A stretch of DNA of 64,000 nt from Gordius albopunctatus (taxonomy: Eukaryota), in assembly GCA_964276515.1 (NCBI GenBank), contig OZ193909.1:15872001-15936000 (forward strand), in the 5' to 3' direction. The position numbers and the translations under genes were made by a program. Shown here one piece after another: positions 1-15,300 of this stretch (positions are counted from its first letter, which is position 1; each line of letters starts with the position of its first letter). The notes under the pieces are model-generated. The model ran no database searches. It worked only from the letters and a program-made list of their open reading frames with translations, and was not told the origin of the DNA.

Positions 1-381
1 GGTATATTAATTTTAAAATTTAATCGTGCATCACTTAGTTAGACCCTCCTTAAATCATTGCCATTTTAATCCTTGCGCCTAAATGTGTCTCCCCTTTAAC
101 TCAATGGTATGTATTATTAAGAGTGAGTTGTCCATAAATAAACTCAAATGTGCCTTGGATTATTAGGATTCAAAACTTTGGCAAAGGCATAATTAATGGA
201 ATTCCTTTAGTTTCAATTGAAACATCTTAAATTTTTCAGCCTTTTAACTCATTTTTTGCCTTTTGCATTCCTATAATAAAACTCATTTGACTAAAACATG
301 GCTGGGATCTCTTTTAGTGAGCTATACACATATACATATTTAAGGGGGATATTTGAGGTAAATATTTTGAATGGCACGTAG

Positions 382-3300
382 GCAAGTGGCTCACATATGC
401 TTGTTACTGGGGTACGGGGCGGACGCGGTATGCCCTTACTTACTTTACGAATTGGTGGCTGGGCTGAGGAAGGAAAACATGCTAGATCCCGTTTTCACCG
501 ACGAAGTCATTTACCAAAATTTTCGCGATGCCGCCGAGAAGGGGATCAGCAAAGTCATGGCCAAAATGGGTATCTCCACCCTGCATAGTTACAAGGTTAT
601 CTTTCTAAATTGTCACACCTCCTTTATTAATATTTATTGCCTTGATCTGAAAGATTTTTATTAATTGCTTCAAGTATATTTTTGTCTATAATGGTAATAA
701 AGCTTAGTTTAAAACATTTTAAGTATTATCTATCACCTTATTAAACGTAAAACTATTTTTTATGATTTTCATTATATTGAATTTATTCACCTTAAATTAT
801 TATTATGGTTTATACGTTTTTTCTATGGAAAAACCTTATTTTCCATCCATGGGGCGAAAAAGTTTGCGCTGACAATTTTTTTTATCCCCAAGGCTAATTA
901 GCCGTATTTCTCAATAACAACATTCTATCAAAATTTTGTACCTCTTGATAGCCCCAAACGATTTATACACTTTTATTGAGGCAAAAACCCATTTATATAT
1001 TCTAAAGATTTTTATTTTGACTACCTACCTTCCCTCTAAATCCAAAAATCGGTTGAAATTTATTAAAATTATGGCTAAAATGTTAAAAAATGATCATTTT
1101 GACCCTCCCTAAATCATTATTGCCCGCCCCCTCTAATTCCAATGCTGCCTAGGACCATGTACCTACCTTGCCCTAATAAGCAGCGTTTTCTAATTTTATC
1201 CACCCAAACTTTGTTATGGGACGAAGAAGAAGTGTGTGTATAATTTTGAATTTGTTTTGCACGCATCTTCACTACGCAGGGTGCTCAAATATTCGAAGCG
1301 ATCGGGCTGGGACCTGCCATAGTTGATAAATGCTTCGCTGGCACTCCATCTCGACTCGGTGGAGTCACCTTTCCACTCATAGCTAGCGAATTGGCTTCCC
1401 AACAATTCAAGGTTCATTCATTATTTACATTGATTTACATGTAATTTTTTTTGTTAAACTTTGTAAATAAAGTACTTAATTATTTCGTTAAATTATGTCT
1501 AAAATATGACGACGCATTTAAAAGGCATACGCTAAACGAGAATGTGATAACATTCTGCTCCTGGATCCCGGATTCTATCATTGGCGCGATGGAGGGGAAA
1601 AACACGTTAACGACCCCGAAGCCATAGCTAATTTGCAGGTGGGAATATTGTGTTACGAGGCGAATAACCCATACTTTTTTCCTTAAAAATTTGTTATAAA
1701 TTTTCATTTTGGCTTGATTGTTTATGTACCTATGCTTTTAAATTTCTCACATAATTTAATTTAGGCAATGTTTGCCTTAGGCCTTGTCGGGGACAAATTG
1801 GTTAAAATTTCTAACTTCGTATTGCTTCCTTTACTAAAGAATTTGTTCGCTTTGTGACATGTTGTTTTTTAGCTATGAAAATGGATGCTTTAAAATACAA
1901 ATTATAAGCCTTGATTTTAGCTCGCTAGGCCAATAATTATGGGGGTGGCTAAAATGGACTGCCGTTTAAAATGCAAGTTGGCAGTAATGTTGCCCCCTTT
2001 ATTCGAGCACAACTGTTAGACCCTGTCCCTCTCTAAAATTACAAAATAGCCTTTTGAAAATGAAAATTTTTACCTTTTAAAAAGCATTTTTGCCACTTTT
2101 AATCATAATTACGCTCTTTGTCGCCTCATCCAAATCCTGCATACGCCGCCCTTGGAACTTAAACTATACAAACTCAATTTTAAAATGAAATAAAATTCTG
2201 CCATCCGTTATAAATATGTCAAAAATATTTCAATGTGCTTACAGGCCGCTGCTCGTTCCAATAGTCACGCGGCTTACGATAAATTTAGGGAAGCCAACGA
2301 TCGGGCTAATCGATTCGTTAGTTTGCGTGGTCAATTGGCTTTCGATTTTGAGGTAGCACACAGCCTGATAGGAGTTGGTGGGGTGGGGGCTGGAGCCGGA
2401 CCTAGGCCCGAACTGGGTGCTGGTATTGTTGGTCTCAGAGGAGGAGCCCTGCCTCCCAATGCTGCCTCACCTAATAATGGTTACAACTCCTTTTTCATAA
2501 GAGAATAGCTCTAATAAATTATCCAGGTTCGCTTGGCACTTTGTATGCAAGTCTTTGCCGTTATAATACGCATAAATTAAATTTAAGGTAGGTTTTTTAG
2601 AATTATTTTACCATTCTAAATATCGTGAGTCAGATTATTGATATAAATGTTAATAAAATTGTGCTTTATTTGATAAATTGAATAATATTTTTTCCCTTCA
2701 TTTTTATTCACATACAAATATATTTCCTTGGAGCTTGTAACCGTTCCTTCTTTGCTCTTTACAGGCATATTTTGTTTTTACAATTTTTTTATCTCATTTA
2801 TAACTATTGGTCCTAAACTATAGCGATTGTTTAGTATCTAAGATGTTTAGTTTTTAATGGTAATTGATGGTTTTGCCGTATTGAAAGCCATCAAAGGAAA
2901 ATTCGATTTGTCGCTCTTAAACTTATAAGGCTTTTCAAATCCTCCAGAATATATGAAAATGTAAAACCACATCATTGAAGAATGAGGATTTTATGTAAGA
3001 TATATTAGTGGCCTAGCCCATCGCGTTTCCCATCAATTTTAGATCTTTTCTTCATTTGGGCCTCTTTTTAGCGAAGAGATAGTGAGCGTCATATAATTTG
3101 ACAATTGAGTTCTCGTGAGTGATTTATGGGACACCTACACGGAATGTTAAATATATATTATCAACCAATAGGGTTTGTACTGGGCGGCTAACAGTTTCTT
3201 TGGACCTCAAGTTACTGTGTTTAATTCATGTTTTACGTTTGCAATTATATTTTATTTAAACAGGTTTAATCAATGGTTTCGCCAACGGTGCTAATGGCGA

Positions 3301-6300
3301 TTTCACATTGCCTGGATCCATTGATATCGACATGGTCGAGGATGTTTCTTGCATCGTGAAAAGGTTAACACACCTACATTCGTTTGCTCTACTCGTATTT
3401 TTATAATTTATTTGTTAGCTTTACTTCATGATTTTTTAAAAGATTTCATCATAATTAGATGTAAGCAACCTTGTTAGATATTATATGTCTACGTTCATAC
3501 TTTAGTTTTCCCTTTCCCTTATAGTGTTTATTGGGGATTCGTTAATTGAATCTTCTAATTCCTTCGTATTATTCGGTCGGGGACTTGTCGGTCAAATTTG
3601 TCAATTAAGCTTAGAAAATTTCCCTTAGGCCCTCTTGGAGTCTAGTATTTTTATTCCAATAGTTTCCTAAAATGGGGTTGGTTTTATTTTAAGGTAATAT
3701 GCAGGCGATCCCATCCCTCTAAATATCCACCCACATTTTTATTAAGCACTTAATAGCAATGTTAATCACAAAATTTAACTTAACCCTTTTTCGAATTCCT
3801 GGCCTATTTTCAAAGAGGAAGATGAAGACATATATTTTACTCATAGAATGCCTTTCATATTATTGTATTATAGTTTGAGAAATTTATAATATTAACCTTT
3901 ATAATTATATAAATATAATTTTCGCATATGTCACTTGATTTTTTATTTACTAGATTTTGCACTGGGGCCATGTCGTTCGGGAGCATTTCTTACGAAGCCC
4001 ACACGTCGCTAGCCTTAGCTATGAACGCGATAGGGGGCAAGAGTAATACGGGGGAGGGAGGGGAAAGTCCGGTCCGTTATAGGGATGGTGCACCCGATCG
4101 GTCCGCTATTAAGCAGGTGGCTTCGGGTCGGTTCGGGGTTACTTCTTCTTATCTATCACACGCCGACGTCTTGCAAATTAAAGTGGCTCAAGGAGCTAAA
4201 CCCGGCGAAGGGGGAGAGCTACCGGGCTACAAAGTAGGTCTAATAATTACTTTTTAAGGGAGACGGGGCAAAACTATGGGTTTTTACTTCGTTCCATATG
4301 TGCTGGAATGCAGTTTGGCGAAGGAATGTTTTAGCCTGATAAAGTAGCGGTCTTGAGCAGGCCTTCACTTTAACCTTTAAATACTTGTAGTCCGTTTTTA
4401 GGATGTTTTTTATATATCGCTTTGTAGGTGTTAACCTAAATTAGAGGTATTTTACGCAGGCCTATAGAGCGCGCTATCGCTTTAAGTTCCAAAAATCCTG
4501 TGTGGTTGTAAGATCGGATGGGGTAATATCGAGTAAATCGCCCAATAAAGGTTTAAGCAACGCTTATGGTATATGAGTTTTCAGGCATCCTTTCATGTAT
4601 TTAAGTACTTTGATCATATTTTAATATCCATGTCTCCATCAATCTAACGTTTGGAAGCGGTACATAAAGCAAGTCCCCCTTAATTAATTTCACCACTTTT
4701 CTTCTTCACACCTTTTAAGGTGACGCACGAAATAGCGAAAACTCGACACTCGATCCCGGGTGTGGGCCTAATTAGTCCACCGCCGCATCACGATATTTAT
4801 TCGGTGGAAGATTTGGCCGAACTTATATACGACCTCAAATCTGCCAACCCCTCAGCTAAAATTAGCGTCAAACTCGTCTCTGAGATTGGTGTTGGCGTCG
4901 TTGCTGCGGGTGTCGCCAAAGTAAATGCGGGCAAAAAACATTTTGAAACTGTGTAAAAGGCAACATGCCCAAAAAATTAATTTACGGTTACTCTATGTCG
5001 CTTAAGGTTTTATATATAAGTTTCGTTTGTTGCATACCCAGTCAGTGCGAATGATAAATTAGAAGATCGCGTGATTGCTTGAAATTAGGTCGCACAAGTT
5101 AATTTTAAAGTACATACATTGCAACGTGTTCCGTTTTTACCGCGACGGACCTTGTAAAAACTTGTTTTGTCAAACGAATCCTACAATGAAATGCTTATCC
5201 TTTTAAACATTAATGCATAGGGGGAAATTTTAAATGAACGCCTTACTTAAAATTTATACACACAAACATTTTTTTAGTGTGTTATCCGTTTTATTTTTTC
5301 GTCCCGAACATGTGTTTCCTTGCTTTAATGAACATCTGCGCGTCGGGACTCTATATCCTCTTATTTTTTAAACTACGAATTAGGCACAGGTCTTTCGATA
5401 GATACATTTTTGTCCCCGGCTATTTTTACCAATCTACTTTGCGCCTAAATGCATTACGTTTAGTGACCTGTTACTTCATTAGTGCAAAGCCGAACACATA
5501 ACTATAAGCGGACACGACGGAGGAACAGGGGCCAGTAGTTGGACGGGAATTAAGCATGCGGGGTTGCCTTGGGAATTGGGAATTTCGGAAACGCATCAAA
5601 CACTCCTCCTCAACGGGCTTCGGTCCCGGGTCATCTTACAAACGGACGGCCAGATCAGAACCGGTCACTATTTCACAATTTACACTTTTTGTATTTAGTC
5701 TGGGATCTGGATTTTTTGAATAGGCTTTAACTAGTGTAATCAGTGTCAGTAGGAGAATTTTACCATTCACCTTATCCTATCCATGCATGACCTCATGGGC
5801 GTAACCAAGGGGGGGGGCCGCAGGAAGGGGCGGCTGCCCCCCTCTGAATCCTAAAATTTGTTGAAATTTATTAAAATTATTATGGCTAAATATTCAAAAA
5901 ATGATCATTTTGCCCTTCCCTAAATCATTATTGCTCCCCCCCCTCTAATCCCAATGCTTGCTACGCCCATGCATGACCTTTATGAATCCCCTCATGTTAT
6001 TTTAGGCTTTCTGAAAAGTATTAAATTATTGCCTAACTCACTCGACGAACGGCTAATGGTTTAGTTTTTATTTCAAATTTTAATAAATTTTATTGCAATT
6101 TTTTGTAGGGAGAGACGTTGTAATAGCGGCCCTGTTGGGTGCGGACGAAGTAGCTTTTTCCACAGCGCCCCTTATAACCCTAGGTTGTACCATGATGCGA
6201 AAATGTCACCTAAACACTTGTCCCGTCGGTATAGCTACCCAAGATCCCGATCTGAGGAAAAAATTTGCGGGCAAACCCGAATACGTCATAAATTATTTGT

Positions 6301-9300
6301 TTATGATCGCCGAAGAGGTGATTGTGAAACTATAATTTACTCCGTGTTTTGTTAATTTGATGGTTTTCAGTAGGTATAAAAGTGACTTATGATTTTGCCG
6401 AGGGATCCATACATGTTTCTCAAACCCCCCTCCCCCCCCCCCAATCCATTCCCTGGCTACGCCCACGTGAGGCATACTCATAAGAATTAACCTGAGAAAA
6501 ATAAATGTCCGTCTTCTAGCTGTTGTGTAATTTAATCAAAGTTAGCCATATTCTTGTCACTCTAAAAGTGCCATTACAGTTTTTAGGATGTCTAGTTCTC
6601 GCAACCAATTAAAAAATTCTGTTTGTTTATCGAAATCCGCTAGCTACATGTTTAGCATGAGATTGATGTCGTTTGACTTTTAAGTGATTTGAGAAACATG
6701 TATATGTACTATTTTTTAGTAGGGCTAAGTTTAATATAAACACCGGGAAAATTTTATTTGTCGATGGAAATAATTTTTTTGAAACTAGTTTAACCACCTT
6801 CGTATTAAATTTTTAGAATGTTAGGACTAGCGTTGTAAAAAGGGGACTAAACATTAACAGGCTAAAAGATTTTTGATCTGTTATTCTTAGTAGCATAAAC
6901 TGATGAAAGGTTTTTGGGGCATACCTTTTTTAAAGTGTACTACTTAGGCCTCACACGTCAAACCGCCTTAAACTGAAATTTGTTTTAATACTGAACTCAG
7001 GCTGGTTACCATAAATGATAATAACAATATGTAATTGTTGTGGATTAAAGATGGAAGCAACAATATGCTCCAATATTTTTTATCCTGCGAAATCTCGGAG
7101 TGAACCTCTCCTTTTTTTAGGTGCGTGAATACATGGCTAAACTCGGGTTTAGGACTTACCAAGAGATGGTGGGACACAGCGAAAAATTGGTTATGGCTCC
7201 TCCGTTGAATAACAAAGCCAAATTCCTCAACCTGCAGCCCATATTGCATCAAGTGGTTCCAGCCAAATTTTTACCACTCCACCAAGGCGGTTCTTTGGCG
7301 CAGGAATTTAAGCTAGACGCGAAATTGGTAAGCCTTAGGAAACGATTTAAACATCAAATTGCACCTTATCTCAATGTGTATTTTAAATGAGGCTTTTTAA
7401 GATTTTTGGTTTTTTAGTCGCTTATTTGATAACATACTTTTTGAAGGCAGAAACTGTCGCGTGAGAATGCAAGTGAATTCAATTTAGCTTATATGATTTG
7501 ATAGGATTTAAGATTATTTTGAAGAAGTTGAAGAATACATTTTATTTTTACCCTATCTAAACTAAGTTTCTTTTGCCAAAATCAATCCGGTACTTGCTTC
7601 AAATTTTAAAGCATTAAAATTTAATATTTCTATCAATAAAAGACCTAGTTATTTTTGTCTTTTACCCAATTTTGCCATTTGTAATTATCAAAAAACATGA
7701 ATTTCAACAATACTCTCCCATCGCTAAATACCTTAGTGTTTCCACGAAACGAACCTTGCATGTATGCGCACCGCTAATTCACTATTAACTCTCTTTGGTA
7801 GGAAAATGAAATTTTGGCTCGAGTCGAAGCCGTAATAAACGCCCCACCCGGGACCGTGATGCACGAGCGTGTCGAAGTTGACATACTCAATACGGATCGA
7901 GCTTTCGGGGCTACTATGAGCCATCGCGTCTCCAAAGCTTTCGGGGAGCTTGGCTTGCCCCCTGGCCGTAGCCTGAGCGTTAAATTGGGCGGTAACGCTG
8001 GGCAAAGTTTTGGCGCTTTCTTGGCTAAAGGCTTGACGCTCGAACTCGAAGGAGACTCGAACGATTACGTTGGAAAGGTAATAAATGATAGAGAGAAATT
8101 AATCAGGATATTTTAACCTGCAAATATTGGTTCAAATTGAGATTGTGTAAATTATTGACGAAATAAATTTATATTGGTGTGAGTTTTTGAAAGGACACTT
8201 CTTCTGAAGTATGTGCGATATTAGGGGTAGGGCTCCTTATCCAATTTCCTACAATTGCAATAAGTCTGTATTGTTGTCGCTTTAAATCGATTGGGATTAA
8301 AAAAATTACCAATGGGCAATGTTAATTCTTGGAGGATAACAAGAATTTAACGAGATTAATAAATAGTCTTTTCAGCGCCGCTGCGCTGGATTTTATTTTA
8401 GATACCCAATATTATGTCGTTTAGTTAGTGTATCAAAATTGCTATTTTAAAAATAATTTTATCGATTGATTTGGTTTTCAAAGGTATGGAATTAGGAATT
8501 GGAAACAACCTATCACTGGTTGGTATTTTAATTTAAATTTTTTTTCTTTCCCGATATTATGGGGTTTGCGTTTTACTACATCCGAACCATTTTAATTTGT
8601 CTCAATAATTTTTTGCGTCTCTATTCCTATTTGTCAAATATTATGTCAGTTCTATTATAATAAACACTTCTCTCACAACTCTATGGATTTTATAGTGATC
8701 TTATACGGGAACAGTAAAAATGTATAAGACGGAAGCCACCCTTTCTCACACTTGAGTACGGACCTATGATGAAACGCGTTTACAACCCAATCTGTCTGTA
8801 GCCAAGATGCAAACATATTTCTTTTGTTCAAGACACGAACGATACACAGCAATATTTATTTCCATACATTTTTAGGGCTTATCGGGTGGTGAAATCGTAA
8901 TATACCCACCGAAGGAAAGCACCTTTAAAACGGAAGATAACATCATCGTTGGCAATACTTGCTTGTACGGGGCCGTATCTGGCAAGGCATTTTTCCGAGG
9001 CCAAGCGGCAGAACGATTTTGCGTGCGAAATTCGGGTGCGATAGCCGTTTGCGAGGGGGTCGGGGATCATGGCTGCGAATACATGACCGGTAGTATAGCC
9101 TCTGCTCTTCTTACTCTATATATACCTATGAAGCTAATTGTAGCGCTGTAAAAAGGGGTGGGGCTTTTGTTTGCTTGACCTTGGCTTTTAGTCTATGACT
9201 AAACATAAAAAACTAAAGGTTTTTTGGCCTCTTTTTCTAACTCGACCTCTAGGCTTGGTCTAAATTTGAAAAAGAGACCAGGGTAGACCGATGTTCTTAG

Positions 9301-12300
9301 CTAACTAAACCAGAGGTGGACCAAACAAAGCGCAGCCGTTGTTTTTACAACACTAGTGCCCACTATGAGTTCTTACGATTCGCGTTCAACTAATGAACAA
9401 GACGATGTCTTTATCTTTGAACGCTTTTAGGTGGCAAAGTGGTAATCTTAGGTCTGCCTGGTCGTAATTTTGCCGCTGGCATGTCCGGTGGGCTCGCTTA
9501 CGTATTAGATGTCCAACACAAATTTCCGCCCCGTTGTAACATGGCCATGGTTGATTTGGAAGCTATTGATCCCGGCTCCGAGGATGACAACTTTTTGCGA
9601 GAGATTATCGGAGAGTTTAACGCTAAAACGGGTTCTAGCATCGCGGCCACTCTCCTCTCAACCTGGCCCGATTGTTTGCCCAATTTTTATAAAGTAAAAA
9701 CGTTGTTCCCTGACTTATAAAAGGCGATTTATGTATTTTGCAAGTGTACACTACAGTAGAGTACAGTGGGACGAGGCTTAGTTAGATTGTTAATTGCAAA
9801 TCTTATATAGCTCTCTCAAATTTGATGGGATGTAAATTTAGAGTGATCACAATTTCGATACATTCTTCGTATTTACTGAGGAAATGTTTGGGGTATAAAC
9901 CAGCGCCAGTCATCCGTTCTCTTGAAATAAAATAATAAGGTTTTGATCTAAAGATCCTGGATTAAAGGAAATGCAAATTCTTAGATAAAATAGAGGCACA
10001 TTTGAAGCTTAAGGTTTATGTAATTAAGAAAATTCCTTTTCCTTTGAATTATAGCTCGTTAATACCTTAATGTTTTTGTATGTCTTTTATCCAAATTATG
10101 AGATTGTATTTTTTGTGTAGTGTTTTAAGCATCGGAAGCTCAGATATCAAATTTTGAAGAATATAAATAAATAACGCTAAATTTGCACCGTTTAATTAGA
10201 AATTTAATATTGGGAAGTCAAAATAGGAAATACTCTCCTTCCTTAACGCCCAGCAGATACAAACTTTCACCTAGTCATAACTTTTTAAAAGGGAATGAGC
10301 AGTCTATTAGTCTATGCGACTAACATAATAATAAAAAGAGGATTCAAAAACTTTACTATACTTGAATCTAATTTTTGATATCTCAATTTCATAGGTATTT
10401 CCGAAAGATTACCGCTTAGCATTGGAAGAAATTAAGCAAAAAGAGGAGTTGGAACAGGCTGGACGGTCGCAACAAGACATCATAAAAGGTGAGGACGCTT
10501 AAAATTGATGAGAGTTGTTACGTGATATTTATGTGATAAAAGACATTATTTAGGGTTTTGGTTGAAGCTGCTGCAATTTTTGAACCCCAGTCAATCCAAA
10601 AAATTTTAACTCACCCGACGTGACTTGATTTGAATACAAGGTTTAACTGAAAGGTCCCCTCCTCCCACAACTGAGTATGAAATCGAGATATGTGTTGAAC
10701 GGAGCAGTATATTAGAAAGAGTTAGTTGGCCTTGCTCTTTTAAATGCATTTTTATCAAAAATGTGGAAAAATACGTTGCAGTTTAACCCAAACCCTATCC
10801 GACCTAATATTTCTTCAATTATTAATTCTATTCGTTCAGGAGCTCTAGTTAAATACCATGTAACGTAGACGAGAATTGTCGCTGTAAATTTTATTTTTAA
10901 AACAAGATTTTTATTTTATAATTAATGATATTTTTATTCAATGGGATCGGCGATCCTAAGATATAGCAAGAAATATAAATTTGTATTTTCTCCATTCTCA
11001 CCGAATTTTCTTTAAACTACACTCACTATTAAACCGTCGGTCTTTTTAAAACTTTTCGCGCGTTGCATGTTATGATGCATAGAGCTCAAGCTTTACAAGC
11101 AAGAAAGTTTGTTGGAAAACAAACTGGACGACCCCTACGAAGACGAAATAGGAACGGGTGTGGAGGATATAGAAGACACCCGAGGCCTGGCTAAAGCCCC
11201 CAACGACGATAAGGCCACCTCACCGCCCCTCCATCCCCTCGAGCAGTTGGATAAAACGAGGCAAATTAATGCATATTATTAATTTTGGTATTAACACCAT
11301 TTTACATACGTAACCTATATTGATAGTGTTACTCAAAATGTTTGCATGGGCCTAGCCAGGATAGGATATAGAGGGGGGGGGGCAAAATAAAATGTCTCAG
11401 TAATTTTAGGTGTATATTAAAATTTAAAGAATTTTTGGAATTAGAGGGGGGGGGGGAGGGACAGCTGCCACCCCCTGACTACGCCCATGGTTGTTAGCTT
11501 GCTTTATCATTATTGGGAAACTGGACATTAGCTGGTTAATTAATATTTTGAGAGCCTCATAAAAAGCTATATTTTTTATTTGAGGGCAAAAATTCTTTTT
11601 TATAAACAACTCTTTTACCCTCTAAAGTTTTAAAATGACCAAAAAAGGGCATAACACCTCACTTACGTCTATTGTATGTCGGTATTTTGACAAACGAATC
11701 TAGCAACTTTCGAATATGCAGCAAAGATAATTGATTTCACAATACCTAAATTAGTTAATTTTAGCGTGAACTTTCCCGATCATTATTAGTGTTGTAAAAA
11801 GACCTGGATTTAAGTCGACCTTTGCTTCAATTAAAACTAACCACCTACGACGACACAAAAATGAACCAAAATCCTCTAGTCTGTTTTCAAATCTTTTTTA
11901 ATAGATAAAGTTAGTTTATTGATATATATCTAAACATAATATTAAATGGTACAATTATATAATAATGATATTAAAAAAACATTATATGAGTAATATGTCT
12001 TCATCTTCCTCTTTTAGAAGAGGCCAGGAATCCAAAAAAGATTTGAAATTACATTTTGCAATCATATTGATTTTTTCAATAAAAATGCGGGGGAATATTT
12101 GGAGGGAGGGGATCGCCTGCCTATTTCTCTGAAAAAAGCCAACGTCTAGAGGTGGTCGACTAAGAAAGACAGTTTAAAAGCCTTTGTGGACTGTTTTTGT
12201 ATATCGACCGACCCCAAACGTCCGCTAAACAAATCTAGGTTTTATAGTTTTTTATGCTTTTATTATAAATTATCCCAAACCCTTATAACGAAAAATGGCT

Positions 12301-15300
12301 ATGCCTTCACACTTATCTTCTAAGCACTTTGAGTTTTGATTAAATGACACGAGTATTATCTAATTTAGTTTAGAGCTACTATCACTTATTCGAGATTCTG
12401 TATGATTTGATTAGTTAAAGGACATCTATCACCAACTCATATATCGTTGGTTTGTGTAATTGACGTTTTGTATTAGCAAATTTGATTGCTTAAATTGCAA
12501 AAAAGATTATATTCAATAGACGTAATTTGTTTTAAAGGCAAAATCTCAAGTATGCTTCTATATAAATCGTATAGGGGCTTCGTCAAGTATAAGCGTCTCA
12601 AACAAATATATCGGCCAGTTCCCGACAGGATAAAGGATTGGGAAGAAATTTATGATCATAAGAAGGTGCGAGAAACGTTACGCGTTCAAGCTGCGAGGTA
12701 TATACATAAATTTATTTTTCAAACTTTCTAAAAAAACAAGATAATTTTTTTGTTTATTAGATATAAGTTAAAATTATATAATTATTATCCAATCTTCTTT
12801 TTATTGTAAATTAATTAAATTCAAATAGGCCTTTTGGCGAACTAAGTAGTTGAAGTAGCTTTTTTGTGAATCTTGTTAGCCAACGGTTAAGTTAAAGCGC
12901 AACAGATGAACAAATAGTATACCAGTACTGTTTAAATATAATTGATGTTCCTTTATGGGTAATTTTAGAGTTAAGTTAAGATTGAATTGGATGTTTGCGA
13001 ATAATATCTTCCTTTACATTTAAATATACAGCCCTCTCTGTTCAAAAGGGCTTTAGATTGATATTTGTTGAGTCATTTCAATTTTTTGCGAAAGTTTTTT
13101 TATTTTCCATTATCCCCATCCTTGATTAGGTGCATGGACTGCGGTGTGCCTTTTTGTCAATCGAATAACGGTTGCCCGCTGGGAAACATCATTCCCAAAT
13201 GGAACGACCTCATTTTTCACAATAATTGGAGGGAAGCCTTGGAAACGCTGCTGCAAACGAATAATTTCCCCGAATTCACCGGTCGCGTGTGTCCTGCCCC
13301 GTGCGAAGTAATTAACGCGGATAGTGTAATTTATGACCATCATGTGTGCCAACCAGACTAATTTACTAGCTTTACATAGAATCCTTTTTTTTATCAAACT
13401 GCCTTGTTCTGTAAGGCTCCTCTTAATTGTGCGATGACTTAAATGTTTCGCTCATGAAATAGAATGTATACAAAAATTCCTGAGCATTTACGTCAATAGA
13501 CATCACATTTATATTTCTATCCTCAAAAATAAAGGCATAACTAGGGCGTGCGCCGACAAATCTAATAATAACTGTAGAAGATGGCGTCCATATATTATTA
13601 ATGGCTATGCAATTTAAGGGCCGTCGTCCTGTCCGTCCCTCCCGTCTAACTTGTAATTTTTTATGTTGACTCGTTAAACAGGGAGCCTGCGTGCTGGGAA
13701 TCAACGAACCGCCGGTGAATATTAAAAACATCGAATGTTCCATCATCGATTACGCCTTTTCCAAAGGATGGATTCAACCGCAACCCCCTTCGTTTAGGAC
13801 TCGTAAAGTTATAGCTATTGTGGGCGCCGGACCCGCGGGCATGGCTGCCGCTGCCCAATTGAACAAAGTACCGCATCATTTTACTTTCTCCTTGAAATTT
13901 CCTACGAGTCACTAGTTTGAATTAATTGGGGCGGAAGAATTTATGATTTAAGCCTGTTAGAAGAACCTTTAAAAGGGGTCAAATCAATTTTTTGAGGTCG
14001 TTTTATAAACAAATTTTTAAATGGCGCATATGCGGGATTTCTGTGGCTTACGCTTTAGATTATATCAAACCAATGTGACTGCAAAGGACAAGGTGGAGTT
14101 GACTGAATTCACTTTACGTAGATTAGAATCGATATCAGTCGAGCTATTGCTGCATAAGCAGCTCGTGAATAATACCTTTCAAAATTTGAGTCTATCCCCA
14201 AATGTTTATAAACACTTTTTGTTGAAAAATGCCATATATTTCATTGTTATTCAAACTTTTTTTCCAAATTTTTTAAAGTCATCTCTTAATTTAAGTAAAA
14301 CGTACCTAGGACTATCAATTAGAGTATCACTAATAAGTTGAGCAATTATTACAGAATCGCCATATTTTTAATCATATCAACACTCTTTAGAACTTCACTC
14401 GGGCGTTGCCCAGGGAGGGGTGGCTGCCCCTCTCTAAATCCAAAAATTCGCTGATATTTATAAAATATGGCTAAAATGTTGAAAAATGATCATTTTGCCC
14501 CTCCCTAAATCATTATTGCCCCCCTCTAATCCCAATGCTGGTTACACCCATGGAACTCCAAAGCGTTTTCCCAAATTTTGTATAGTATACTCTGCTATAA
14601 ACGTAATTTGGTTACAATAAACAGGCCGGCCATAGGGTAAAGGTTTACGAACGCAATAATCGAGTCGGTGGATTGCTGCAATACGGCATTCCCTCCATGA
14701 AGTTGAGCAAAAAAACGTTGCAGCGCCGCATCGATTTACTCGCCGACGAAGGAGTTGAATTCGTTGTGAATTGCGAAGTGGGAAAAAGCGTTACGCCACA
14801 AGCCCTACTTGAATCGCACGACGCTCTACTACTCACCACCGGCTCCACTTGGCCCCGCGACCTTCCCATACCAGGTACTCCACCCCCCCCTTTATTATTT
14901 AAGTCTACCTTTATTAAGTTTATGTCGATATTTGGGGTACAATGCAAAAATTAAAGAAAATTCATGGTGGAAATATTGAGCGGACATTATAGTTAAAAAG
15001 CCATTTAAATTAGTGTAGCAAAAACGGCTGGGGCTTGCTTTGTAGACTTTTTATTCAACCACACTCATTTAAAGAAACAAAGTAATTATTGCTAAGACGC
15101 GTTCGTGCTGATAACTGGTTGGTTTCAAATTTATTTTTTTGCAGTAAAACAGGCAGAAATTCATATTTTATAAATTTGTTTTGCCGTAACTAGTTGGAAG
15201 TCTATATAATTTGAATAGTGGTAAAAAATAGACTTTGCAAGTCTAGAAAAAACTGTGAGGGAAGTTGAACAAATCGAAAACTCAATATATCAATATATTG

